Assembly (NCBI GenBank): GCA_003971905.1
Contig: RSEE01000098.1
Span: forward strand, 62,001 to 126,000
Source: Moniliella sp. 'wahieum'
Taxonomy: Eukaryota
DNA: 64,000 nt
Direction of reading: 5' to 3'
Shown here: positions 36,630 through 50,456 of the stretch, in pieces
How the letters are laid out: each line of letters starts with the position of its first letter
Position numbering within the stretch: position 1 is the first letter of the stretch
Translations under genes and position numbers: made by a program
The notes under the pieces: model-generated
What the model was told of the DNA's origin: nothing
Database searches by the model: none
What the model saw: the letters and a program-made list of their open reading frames with translations, nothing else

Positions 36630-38061
36630 GAGAAGCAACTACCAGATCCAAGCGAACTTCGAGAGGCAGGTGGATCACGCTATCCAGAGCAACAATGCTG
36701 CATACGACTGGGAACGCGCCGCGACGGGCGACATGGACTCCAACGTCCAACAGCTCTGCTGTTGCTCCTATGTCGCCGACATGAGCAAAAGTTCGAGAAG
36801 AATGGTGAGAAGCCGCCCATGCACACTCGCTCATCCCGGAAGGGAATTGCTCTACCGAAGACAAGGGCCGGGATCATCGAGCTGAACCAATTCGAGGCGG
36901 ACGATCGGTTGTGGAGGAAGAGCTTTTGATGTGCCCGGCGCTGTCCCTGCATCCTGCATCAGTTTGAGCAGCCAAGGACCCAGCAAGATTGGTGTGGTGC
37001 AACAATCTCTCACCGACGAGGATCTGGGCCGGTCCTAGCTCCCGGACTGTGCCAAGGTATGGGCATAGTATTCAGCACACGCCTGCACCAACAAGTGCAT
37101 GTGTAGAGCAAGACGGCCAGAAAGTACTGATGCACAACTACGAGAAGGGCTCACAGTCACGGGGAGGAACGAAACGAGAGAGTTCATCCCAGTGGCGTCT
37201 CACGCTAAAGCCAAGGGAAAGAAGTGGCTAGTATTGGGAACGAATCTCTATTCTGCATCCATATCATTGACAGAGCTTAAGGTTGGGATAGGGAAACGCT
37301 ACGCCTAAAGCCAACCGTTCATCTTAATTGCTGGAGTAGAACGATGGCTACGGTGGCGACGCAGCATCACGCTGCAGCGAATCCCCAGCTGACCGGGCCG
37401 TAGGCCCGGTGGTCCTCTAGTACGCTGTATGCGGAACGCACCACACCACATGCCGCACATGGAGAGGATCAGCTGGAAATCCCCCGAAATGAGCGCCAAG
37501 GCGCTGAGCAAATAAGACGTGGCCCAGAGGATTGCAACGAACGGTGCCATGCACATGTGTGGTTCACGCACGCCAAGAAGAAGGCACCTGCTGTGGTCGC
37601 TGGTCGCTGTCGGGGGAGGGGGCAACAACGACGACTTTTCGGACAGTAACAGTGACAGTGATTAATGCGAGTATCAAATGGATATATGCATTGCACCATG
37701 AGGATGAGTATATAGGTTTGGTGTCAGTCGTCTCTTTCCACTCGATGAAATGGTCCTCAACCTTTCCCCCAGCTCCATCTCCTGTTACACCTGGCAGGGT
37801 TAGCGCTTAACATTCATCAAGGTGTGTTGGCAGTTGAGAAACATCATATCATCGCTGCTGGCATTCCTTGATGGTACTCCTTCTTCAGGCCCGGTTGTCC
37901 ATGCCCAATACATTGGCTTCCGCCGTACGGTCTTGCATATCCTCATCTCTTCGGTTGCGGTGCGAGGGCCGAACGGGGCACGGGGCGACGAGAACACCCA
38001 GCTACCATATCCTCTTTCTCAGCGACGCCAGTCATGGTCGAGCTCACTGCATTGGAGGTAA
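36630..38061 (+). pseudogene. Possible relic of a PIF/Harbinger (DDE_Tnp_4-like) transposase
   Basis: DDRLWRKSF*C..; AFLDGT..P..Q.YIGFRR..H.L..VAVRGPNG resembles the family pattern GFIDGT..RP..Q..Y.GHKR.H.LK.Q.VV.P.G; interrupted by stops. Confidence 0.35.
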
Positions 38062-38249
38062 GGCTTAGTAGTTAACTGTACTATCAGTTCTCAGAGACAC
38101 CTGTTGACGGAATGAGTGTGGCTATGTGTGAATCTGGGGCTCTAGTATACATTCTCACTGGCGGACAATAGGCACAACGACGAGAGCGCTCTTGCACCCA
38201 CCCACCGCTCTTCACGCAGGGTAAGGCAGGGAAGCGAGCCGAACGCCCG

Positions 38250-40815
<2,566 letters not shown>

Positions 40816-40925
40816 GGTGAGGTGGTGGTTGGGGGGGGCACGCTGGGCTTCCTTGCGCGCGCAAAGTCCCCCGCCACGCGACACGACACGCCGCGATACG
40901 ACACGCCGCGACACGACACGCCTCG

Positions 40926-41003
40926 ACGCGTGTTGTGTCAACACTGGCCCCGCGCCTGGGTGTGTACGCCGGAACTCGGGGACTGGGCGACGCGTGGACG
41001 CGT
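40926..41003. promoter_or_regulatory. Three MCB-like ACGCGT elements upstream of MCM7
   Basis: ACGCGT at 40926, 40990 and 40998, 110-190 bp upstream of the ATG. Confidence 0.55.
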
Positions 41004-41750
41004 GTGCGTGGCGCAGAAGCGGTGGCATTTGAACATGCATTTCGGCGCGCCGTCCATGCCATGTGCCTTGCGCAGCATCGCATCCGTTGGTCCTGGGGAC
41101 ACCCTCCTCTCTGCTCTTCTTGCTTGGCCCTACGAACGAACGATGGCTGCATTCCTTACCTGGTCTCCGTAGTGCCCACGGAGACAGCGCCCCCCCCCCC
41201 CTTCGTGGCCAAGGTTGTCCTCTGATCGATGCGTATATGACCCGGATTTCCTGTCCTATCCATCTGGGGATGCGCCAGGGGAGACGGCTGAAATAGCCCA
41301 AGAGCCGGCGGCCATGACCTGCCAGCCGTGGCAATCTCGCTGTGGAGTGTGGGCCGGTCGGGCGGAAGCTTCTGGAGGGGCAGCGGACAGGACGGCTGTG
41401 CTGTGCTGTGCTGTGCTGCGCGCCGAAGGCCGGCGAGCCTGGTTAGATAAGCAGCGGGCCCCGGCGGGGCGAGGCGAGGCGCGGCGCGGCACGGGGCGAG
41501 TGTGGATGCGCGGTGCGGACGGGTGACGGGCGACCGCGCGGGGCAGTGTGCGCGGCGCGTGGGACGCTGATGCAGGCCCACGGCAGACACAGGCGCCGTG
41601 CGGGCGCGCGTGGCCGGCGGCCGGTGCTCCCCCGCCTGCGTTCGGCTGGCCCGCACCAGAGCGCCGCCGCTTCGGCCGCTTGCTGCCCAGCACCACCGTC
41701 CGTGTGCTGAGCCTCAGCGTGCGGCCTTGCGTGCTCGCTGCTCCACCACC

Positions 41751-42779
41751 ATGAGCGTCGACGACCTCCGCCCCTTTGTCATGGACATCCTCCACCGCAG
41801 CGACCTCACCCAGATCAGCTCCAAGGCCGTCCGCAACACCCTCGGCTCCCGCTACGCCGGCCAGATCCCCCCCGGCATCGAGCTCGACGGCGCCCACAAA
41901 AAGGAGGTCACCGCCCTGATCAAGGACTGCTTCCACCGCATCAGCGACCCCCCCCCGCCCGCCGACGCCGCCCCCGGCGGCCTCTCCCTCCCCGGCACCG
42001 GCGGCGTCCGCGGCGGCCTGCCCGCCGAGGTCGACGCCAAGCCCAAGCCCAAGCCCAAACCCAAGGGCAAGAAGCGCTCCGCGCCCGACAGCGAAGAGGG
42101 CGCGTCGTCCAAGCCCGCCAAGAAGACCGCGCGCAAGAAGAAGGCCAAGGAGCCCGAGGACCCCAACGCGCCCCCGAAGCCCAAGCGGCCTGTCAACCCC
42201 AACAACCCTTTCAACCGCCCTTTGATCCTCGACGACGCGCTGCGCGAGGTGTGCGGCGTGGACGAGGCGCCGCGATATGGCATTGTCAAGCTCATCTGGG
42301 TGTACATCAAGGGCAACAAGTTGCAGGACCCCAACAATGGACGCACGGTATGTGGATGTGGCTGTGGCTGATGGTGTAGACCGCACTGGCTAACTGTGTT
42401 TTTTTTTCTTCTTTCTCTTGTGCTGGCCGACAGATCATCTGCGACGACAAGATGCTGGCCATCTTTGGCAAACCAAAAGTCGAGTACGTGCCTTGTTCCT
42501 TTGTCAGGACGCAATGACTAACCCTGCGTACCTCTCCCTTGTCTCCTTCGCTTGTGCGCTCGTGTTCGTTTGGCTGCGCAGCTCGTTTGAAATCGTCAAG
42601 GTACGTGGTAGCCTCCCTGGCTTGCCTGTCTGCTCGTAGCCTCCCGGATAACCCTGGCTAACCTTGCGTGCTCTTCCCTTTCCCTACAGCTTCTGGGCTC
42701 GCACATCACCCCCAAGCCCATTCCTCCAGGCGGCTTCCCCGTGCCCTCCGAGGGTGGGGAGGAGGGTGAGGAGGCGTAA
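41751..42779 (+). CDS. DEK_C + SWIB domain protein (Uaf30/Tri1/Spp27-like)
   Basis: MSVDDLRPFVMDILHRSDLTQISSKAVR; PFNRPLILDDALREVCG..IVKLIWVYIKGNKLQDPNNGRT|IICDDKMLAIFG..|SFEIVK|LLGSHI; three short introns. Confidence 0.9.
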
Positions 42780-43349
42780 AATGAGGGGATGGCGGGGGTG
42801 CGGCGACGTCCCCGGGCCCGTCCAATTCGTGTCCTAACCTGCTCCTCCTCACCCCCCCCCCCCCCCCCCTGCTCTCCTGTGGGGATTCCCTCTGTCCAGG
42901 ACCCAAGAGCAGGGCCAGGACGCGGACCCGGACCAGAACCCAGACCAAGACCAAGACCAAGACCCCAGCCCAAGCCCGTTGATTCTCCCTCGCCTGGCGC
43001 CGCCTTTGTGGCGGCTGGCTCCCCCTTGTAGCGCTTGTCCTGTTGCCTTGATTGTTTCTCTCTTTGCCCCGCTGCCCCGCGTGGTGCGCCTGGCGTTGTT
43101 CCTGGATGTGGGCGCGCGGGACGGGGGCGGTGCGCTTGGTCGCCAATGTATCGATGGATTTGACAGGAGCGAATGGGATGGGATAGAATGGGATACTCAG
43201 GAACAACGGTTAGGTGATAATGGCCGATGTGAAAGTTGCCGGGCGGAAGAGGCGGAACCAGGTGGGGCTTCCAATGCGCACCGGGCGGACCACCACCTTC
43301 TTGTGTTTTGATTTGGTTTGTGGCTGTTCTTCTGAGCCCCCCGACGCCC

Positions 43350-46300
43350 ATGCCGCTGCCTGTGCGCGCTGCTGCCTGGCGGATCGCCCGCCGCAGCTGC
43401 CGCCCGCCGCCCCCGCCTCCTCCGCCCGCGCGCGCTCGCCATCTCCACCTCCGCCCCCACCCGCTCCGCCGCCGCCGACCCCGACCCCGAGCCCGCCACC
43501 GCGCGCCGCCGCCTCCCTCTTCGAGGAGCGCGCGCCCGACTACGACCAGCACCACGCCCGCGTCGCCCGCGCCCCCCCGCCATCGACTCCCCCGCGGCCG
43601 CCCTCGCCGCCATCCTCGCCCAGTCCCACCCCGACGACCAGCAGCTGAGCCAGGCCAACACCATCCTCGCCGAGCTCTCCGCCACCGGGCCCAGGTCGAG
43701 CCCCACCCCGACTTTATCCGCCTCGCCGCCACCGCTGCCCGCCAGGCCGTCCACCTCGCCTTCTCCGACCCTGCGGCCCGCACCAACGGCACCCAGCTCC
43801 GCAAGCTCCAGCAGGCGCTTGCCTGGATCGTGCTCAGCACCCCGCGCCTGGGCCCGCGCTTGATCGAGGAGCAGCAGCTGGCTGACGATCCGTTGCAGGA
43901 GACTGTCTTGCTGCTGCTCCAGGCTACCGAGTCGCCCACTCCGGCCGAGCGCGTCCTGTTGTACCAGTTGGCGCTGGTGCTGATGCACAAGAACATGGTC
44001 CGCTTTGCGCTGCTCGAACGCGTGGTGGAACAGATTGCCTACCTGCCACCGATCGTGTCGGTCAACTATGCGCCACCGGCCATGCAAGAGGACTGGCGGT
44101 CGTGGTGCACCGAGCTGGTGGAGAAGTTGGCGGACCAAGTGCCGCCGGGTCCGGACCAGGAACGCGTGCTGACTCTGCACGACAAGCTTGATCGCTACCT
44201 CTTCCCCACCCACCATGCCGTCAATGTCATTTCGCCCTTTATGGGTGACCACGTCGAGCTGGCGCAACGGTTAGAGCTCTTTTTGGCCAACGTCTACTTG
44301 GGTGGCAGCTCGCTCATCACGCCCGAGCTACTGCTGACCTGTTTGCCCAAGCACGACGTTGACTCGCTCCTGCGTCTCACGGCGCGCTCGGTGGACCGGC
44401 CGAAACGGTACGTGACTGAGATGGAAGCGTGGCTGTTCCACAAGGCAGTCACGATCCACCTCAAAGCGCCCGATGTGGCCCGTATAGATGCCGCTTACGC
44501 CGTGTGGGTTCGCACGCTGCGTGCGCTCACCGAGCAGGGCAACCGCGACCTGATCCAGATGGCCAAGACCTACCCGGTCGCCGACTTGCCCAAGACGATG
44601 CGCAACCTGATGCCCAGTCCGAAACAGCAGGAGGCGTCGAACGCGAGTCAGCTGGCTGACGACCAAGAGGCGGCAGCGCAAACGGCAGCCGAGGCTGCGG
44701 CCGAGGCGGAACCGGCGCTGCTGGGCCAAACGTTAGCCAGTATGGCACCGATGCTGGACGCGTCGCAGTGGAAAGGGTTTGAGGACTTGGTGGTGGAGCC
44801 AGCTCCACGTGTACCGATCAAGTTGGGCGCACGGGAGATGATGTTGGGGATTGGGTTTGATACGTTTTTGACCATCTGGAGTCTGGTGCACCGTGAAGTG
44901 ATGGCGCCGGGTGAGAATACGGACCAGCCAACGCCGTCGTGGGACTTGACCGTGCACGACGAGGCGCGATCGACGCTGTACCACTCGCGCGCTCGCTTGA
45001 TCTTGGCCGACATGACGGAGTTGGAGATGCGACCGATGGAGAAGGAGTGGTCAATGGTATTGGACGCGTACTTGACCGCGGGCAAGGAGTACCGTAACCA
45101 TGCGCGTCGGCTGGCCTCGCGCTTTGGCGTGATCGATCCTGACGCAGTGGCCAACTGGGCATGGAAGCAATCCGTGCTCACTCCGGACGAAGGGTCTGCG
45201 CTAGAAGGGGACGGGGAGGGGGAAACTGCGATGCCAGCGCAACTGCCTCCGCACCTGGCCCCGCCGCCACCCAAGTCGCCTGCGCTGGCAGCCGCGCGCA
45301 AGCTGGTGGCCATCGCCACGCCCGACCCGGTTCTGGAGCAAGCCTTGGCACTGTTCAAGCCCGAGGGACCAGCGACGCTGGCTATGCGTTCGTCGGCGTT
45401 GATGCATTCCCTGCACACGACCAAACGCCGTGGCGGGCGAATGATGTTGGAGGCACATGCGATGTTTGATGCCATGTGGGACCATGTGGTGAAGAATGAG
45501 CGGATTGGTCTGCCCAACCTGCCCCATTCGCCGCCCGCGGGGGCGCAGGAAGAAGGTGGATCTGTGGCAGATGCGGACTATGGGATCAATGGGATCGATA
45601 AGGCCGATGCACCGAGCAAGGCGAACAGTGCCACAGCGTCCTTGGCGCCTTTGTCGTCGCAGGACCAGCCATCGGAATTTGCGACGGACGAAGCGCAGAC
45701 CAAAGCGCTGTTCAAGTTCCTGCTCGACACGCTCCAGCTGCCCATGGGCGGTCGGGTGCGGCTGCCGCGCGAACCGTACCGTGACGGTGTGCCGCCCAGC
45801 AAGTTTACTCGGCTTGAGTTCCTCCATCGACCTGCGGGGCATGTGATGCGATCGTTTTTCGAGAATGCGTTGTGGCTGGCGTTGCGCGCGGACGAGCCAC
45901 CAGTGTTGATCCGGATGGACCAGCGTGGGCTTACCTGGTTCACCAAAATTGTGCTCTGGGCACAGGACCACAACCAGCTGGACCAGCTGATTGACGCGGT
46001 AGAGCGCTCGTCGAACCAAGTGGTTCGGGCCATCTTTAGTCGTGATCGTCAGATGCGCCAAGCGGCACGCGAGGCGCAGTTGACGCAGCCTGACGTGTCC
46101 CCCGAACGCAAGTTGACCAGTAAAGAGCGTCTTCTCCAACGCCGTCTGTTTGAGCAGAACCTGCTCCAGCGCATTCGCACCCTGCGCCAACGCCAAGGTA
46201 TCCCGCTCAAGCCGGATGCGGCACTGGAACAGCTCAAGCGCGACAACGAACAGCGTTTGGCCGAGATTCAATTGGAGCGCGTCCAGGCTGGCCTGCCGCC

Positions 46301-46391
46301 GTTCGACCCTTACGACGTGGCCCCGCCGCGCTCCGCAAGGAACAAGAACCAAGACGAGCAACAGGCGCCGAAAACGCGCACGTTTGCCTAA
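43350..46391 (+). CDS. Uncharacterised ~1000-aa helical protein, probably mitochondrial
   Basis: Long open frame with genome-typical codon usage; Arg/Ala-rich acid-free N-terminus MPLPVRAAAWRIARRSCR; no family recognised. Confidence 0.75.
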   Translation: MPLPVRAAAWRIARRSCRPPPPPPPPARARHLHLRPHPLRRRRPRPRARHRAPPPPSSRSARPTTTSTTPASPAPPRHRLPRGRPRRHPRPVPPRRPAAEPGQHHPRRALRHRAQVEPHPDFIRLAATAARQAVHLAFSDPAARTNGTQLRKLQQALAWIVLSTPRLGPRLIEEQQLADDPLQETVLLLLQATESPTPAERVLLYQLALVLMHKNMVRFALLERVVEQIAYLPPIVSVNYAPPAMQEDWRSWCTELVEKLADQVPPGPDQERVLTLHDKLDRYLFPTHHAVNVISPFMGDHVELAQRLELFLANVYLGGSSLITPELLLTCLPKHDVDSLLRLTARSVDRPKRYVTEMEAWLFHKAVTIHLKAPDVARIDAAYAVWVRTLRALTEQGNRDLIQMAKTYPVADLPKTMRNLMPSPKQQEASNASQLADDQEAAAQTAAEAAAEAEPALLGQTLASMAPMLDASQWKGFEDLVVEPAPRVPIKLGAREMMLGIGFDTFLTIWSLVHREVMAPGENTDQPTPSWDLTVHDEARSTLYHSRARLILADMTELEMRPMEKEWSMVLDAYLTAGKEYRNHARRLASRFGVIDPDAVANWAWKQSVLTPDEGSALEGDGEGETAMPAQLPPHLAPPPPKSPALAAARKLVAIATPDPVLEQALALFKPEGPATLAMRSSALMHSLHTTKRRGGRMMLEAHAMFDAMWDHVVKNERIGLPNLPHSPPAGAQEEGGSVADADYGINGIDKADAPSKANSATASLAPLSSQDQPSEFATDEAQTKALFKFLLDTLQLPMGGRVRLPREPYRDGVPPSKFTRLEFLHRPAGHVMRSFFENALWLALRADEPPVLIRMDQRGLTWFTKIVLWAQDHNQLDQLIDAVERSSNQVVRAIFSRDRQMRQAAREAQLTQPDVSPERKLTSKERLLQRRLFEQNLLQRIRTLRQRQGIPLKPDAALEQLKRDNEQRLAEIQLERVQAGLPPFDPYDVAPPRSARNKNQDEQQAPKTRTFA

Positions 46392-46394
46392 CCT

Positions 46395-46460
46395 AGCTTG
46401 TCTAGTTTGCCTCGCTTGCCTCGCTTGCCTCGCTTGCCTCGCTTGCCTCGCTTGCCTCGC
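46395..46460. repeat. (GCTTGCCTC)n nonamer array directly after the stop codon
   Basis: About six copies of cgcttgcct. Confidence 0.9.
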
Positions 46461-47971
46461 TTGCCTCACTTGCCTCGCTCGTTTGGATCGCAGTCTGGCG
46501 GACGGACAAGTGAATGGGTCTGCCGCGGCCTTGGATTGCTTGCCCCCGGCCTGCTTCACCCTCGATCCTATCAAACGTATGGTAACTGCCATCACACCCG
46601 CGACGGACGGACGTAGACCCAGTAGCTCGCTACGCGCATTTCCCCTTATAGTCCTACTAAGTAGTATAGCACCCCCCCCCTCAAGGCCGCCATGGCCCTC
46701 CACCACGCAGTTCCCTCCCGACCCGGTCGGAGGATGCGCCCGAGGACACGGCCGGAGCCGACAGTTGGGTTGGATGCTAGCAGGGATGGAGTGGGGTAGC
46801 AAGTTGGTCTCCACGCTGCGGTGCCTTCTCCTCTACCTGCCACACTACCACACCTTTTCCGTACCGTTTTAGGAGACTGCACTTACTGAGTACTCTGTCT
46901 CCGCTCCGTGCTCGCCCGGAATGACCCCCCAGGGCCGCAGCACAACACCGATCCACCAAAGCAGACAGGATGGCCCAAAAGAAGACCATTCAGCGCGGTA
47001 CCCCACCCGCCCACCCCAAAGGAAGGGCACGCATCATTGACGGAGACATGCACGGTGGAGTGTCCAGATGGTTACAGACGGTGCAGGAACTGTCACGTCG
47101 GGGCCAAAGCGAGGGAGACCACTGTTAGAGACGGGCCTGTTGTACAGGTTCTCCCAAGGGCCCCACCTGCGAGAGGCACAGAGAGTTTGTTTACTTCCCT
47201 GGAAAGGGGACGTTCGGACGTTGCATATCCTCAAGCACGGACGTGGCCATACATTCCCCGCGGCGGTGCTGATTTGCGCCGACGTTTGTTGGTGGATGGG
47301 ATGAAGAGTGGGCTTGGAGATCCCGACGGTGGACCCGGGCCTGCTCGCCAAACCAACTGTCGTTCGTGCCTCCGCGCCAACCACAGCACCCGTCGCAGAG
47401 AACAGCGCCACCGACACGCTCCCCAGCACCCGGCGTAGCAGCACACGCGAAGCGGGCGAACGCGGGGCGTTCCAAGTGGAGACATCATATGGGGACGCGG
47501 CTAGACATCCCCGCCATCGTCAGATCCACACGGGGACCTGAGCATTTCCACCAGCTCCTGATATTGCATTGCACATTTCACTTTGAACACAGCCCCTGTT
47601 ATCGCGTGTCGGGCCTCGATCATCGATCATCCTGCATGCCGTAGCCAAGGGCCAGGCGCTTCGGCACCATCCATCCCTCGAGTGGCCCCATTGTCACCGT
47701 CGATCGCCTCCTCATCGGTCTCTCCCAGTGGGTTACCGGTATGCGGCGGAACACTCCCTCCCCCTCCTTGCTTTTCTTCCAACCAAAACGACTCTCATAT
47801 ACCATCCGGCAACAGTACTGCACTATAGAATTCCCTTCTCTCCTATGAGGGTGCCACGGGTGCACGACAGCCTGTTGCACTTGGCGCCTCTGCATTGCAT
47901 GTCACAGGGCCGCTCGCTACCTTTTTGCATGGTGAGCACGGCTTGGGAAAACAGATCGAGCAACATTTGAT

Positions 47972-49153
47972 TTACTCGAGCAGGCCCTGGTCCTCGAGCG
48001 TCTTGAGCTCCGCAGGCTTCTTGAAGCCCGCCGCGTCAAACTGGGCCGTGGGCACACCCAGCTCAAACAGCGTCGAGACAACCTTGGAGAAGTTCTTAAA
48101 GAACAAGCCTTCGTCCTTGGCGTACTTCTCCACCCAAGGCCGGAACTTGTCGTCCTCCGTCAGCGCATAGTCCGTTGAGCATCATCAAGTTCTTGCCCTC
48201 GTTCTGCAGCTGAGGCGGGCCGGACCACTTGCGGTCGGTCCACTTCTCCTCGAGCAAGCGGACAAAGAGCTCATTGTTAAACGTCGTCGGGCTGTACTGC
48301 CACGGGCCATCAAAGCCTGAACGGTCCGTGTGGCAGCGGCCAAGCGCATGCGCGCCACTCAGGGTAACAATGTCTTGGTCGTTAAGCCCATACGGTGGAA
48401 AATGAAGCGGAGATGGTCCGCATGCTTGGTTCCGTCGGGCAAACGGCCGCGCGGGGGCGAGTCGGGCAGATCACCATCCACACGGCCAGGGCGCCAAGGT
48501 ACCTTGGGTCCGCCCAGCTCTTGCACCGCCGCCACACCGGCCAAGGTCCACAGGTCGCCATACGAAATCCAGGGGAAGTCCTTGTGCACCTCCTCGAGGT
48601 AGTCGCGCGCGACAACCAGGCCAGCGTTGGCGCCATCCTGCGCCTCGGGGTAGAAGCGCATCGTTGCATAGTTCGAACCGCCCGACTTGCTGTCCTTGTC
48701 GTACGTGCCGCTCGCGTGCCACGCAAGACGAAGCAGCACAGGGCCAAAGGATCCATCGTCGTACTCGGGGTCCTTGTCGAGACCCTTGGCAATCGCATTG
48801 TAGACCGTTTGGTAGTCCTTGAGGCCGCGCTTGCTAATGTGGGACACGTTGGCCTTGATCCGCTCGTCGCTCGGGCCGGTTGCAGTGGCAAAGGGGTCGG
48901 GGCCTTCCTCGACGACGGCCTTGTTGGCATCGCGGGGGAGCAAGTAATAGCCAGCCGCACCAGCACCAAGCAAGCCGAGGCCGACCAGCAAGCCAGTGTT
49001 GCTGCCGGTGTCCTTGGAGGGTGAGGGGCCGCCGGGGGCGCCGTTCGGGGCAGCGGAACGGGCCGAGGAGGTGAAGGTGCGGGCGGCAGGAAGAGCGGTC
49101 GGGGCGCGGCGAACAACGCCACGGAGAGCAGTGGCCGAGCGCAGGGAAGCCAT
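47972..49153 (-). CDS. CCP1: Cytochrome c peroxidase, mitochondrial
   Basis: Presequence [11 protein letters not shown] plus TM segment; [68 protein letters not shown]. Confidence 0.96.
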
Positions 49154-50456
49154 GGTCGAGAGGCTGGGCAGCAAGACAGAAGGGAAAGGCGGGGATGGTG
49201 GGGGGCGAAAGGCATTCGCAACACGCGCACAGACGGCGGGTTTTAAGCGGATGAAGCAGGGCGCAGCACGGCAGTAGTCGATCTTGGGGAGCGTGGGTGG
49301 GTGGCGCCGTGCTGCGCCGTGTGGTTGCCGTTGCCGTTGCGCGCTCGCCATGATTACCCTCCCTAGCGCCCTCGCCCCGAACAGAAATGCTCGGCTGGGA
49401 GGCCGGGTCGCCGACGGGGGGCGGGTATCAACACTGGCGCTGCGCCCGTGTTTCACATGTACCCCGCCTTGCAAACCTTGTCTTCTGTGCGCGTCCGAGA
49501 TTGAATCGCTGCGTCCAGCGTCACGCCTCCCGCTGGGGGCTGCTTGGCCTCGCTTTGGTCGCCTCCTCAGCCTGCACCGCTCCGTCCGCACAGCCGGCGT
49601 GCTGCCCTGGCCATCGTCCAGCACGCCGTTTGATGTCAGCGTCCGCCTGCCCAGCATCGGCGAGGGAGCCAAAGTCTGCCCAGGCGGCTGGGGATTGCTG
49701 CCTGCGTGCGACATGTGAGGGGAATAAATTGGTCCGTGCGGGAGGCGCAAAATTCGCATTACTAATTGCGGTGTCAGCACAGTGTGAGGCAGTACACTGC
49801 CCCCTGCGCTGCTCCGATCCGGTCGGCTCGAGCGGGCGGGGATCGTCCCGAGGATGATGCAATTGAAGATTGTCGGAACGCACTAGCAAACCTATTCACT
49901 CGCAGCAGAAACAGGCGTCCACTGTCGGTCACGCGCACGTTTCAAGTCCCTCGCTTGGCGCGTCGCTATCATTGCGTCTTGCTGCAGTCGTCAGTACTCA
50001 GTCTGACTTGCTGTCCGTGCCGTTCGAGGGGCGGGATGGGTGGGGGGGCAACCGAGTCGTGGCTCCCGCGACGGTTTGGAGCCAAGCGTCCACGTCCAAC
50101 GTCCAACAAGTGAACCCACAATCCCCAACCATGTTGCCACGGACGGGGAGGCAGCCAGCGCCCGCATGGGCCGAACTCCTGACATAATACATAGCATATC
50201 ACATATCACATATCACATGTGATCATGTCATGTGACCGGTGACCAGGGTCGCTCCAATGTTCATTGCCCAGAAACTTTCAATGGGGGCGATGAACATTTG
50301 GAAAACGTTGAGGCACTGGCGCAGCGGCGGCTGACATAAGCCGCGGGCGCCGAGGCGGCCTGGAAGGCAAAACACACCGCATCCACCACCACCACACCGT
50401 CGTCCCATCTCACCACCACCACCACCACCACCCACCACCACCACCGCCCTCTCGCC

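Larger units (their letters stand above)
33800..38200. mobile_element. Gene-free island of probable decayed transposable-element DNA
   Basis: Lower GC than flanking genes, no coherent host gene, ~90-bp diverged direct repeats, internal tandem repeats, DDE-like peptide remnants. Confidence 0.45.

Noticed and set aside
42596..46814. Long antisense ORFs (466, 356 and 537 aa) as overlapping genes
   Set aside because: Shadow ORFs expected opposite a GC-rich gene with strong codon bias; the same applies to ORFs antisense to the RP genes and MCM7.
48359..49780. 473-aa N-terminally extended CCP1
   Set aside because: The ATG at 49153 gives a typical mitochondrial presequence; the upstream open frame is low-information GC-rich promoter sequence.
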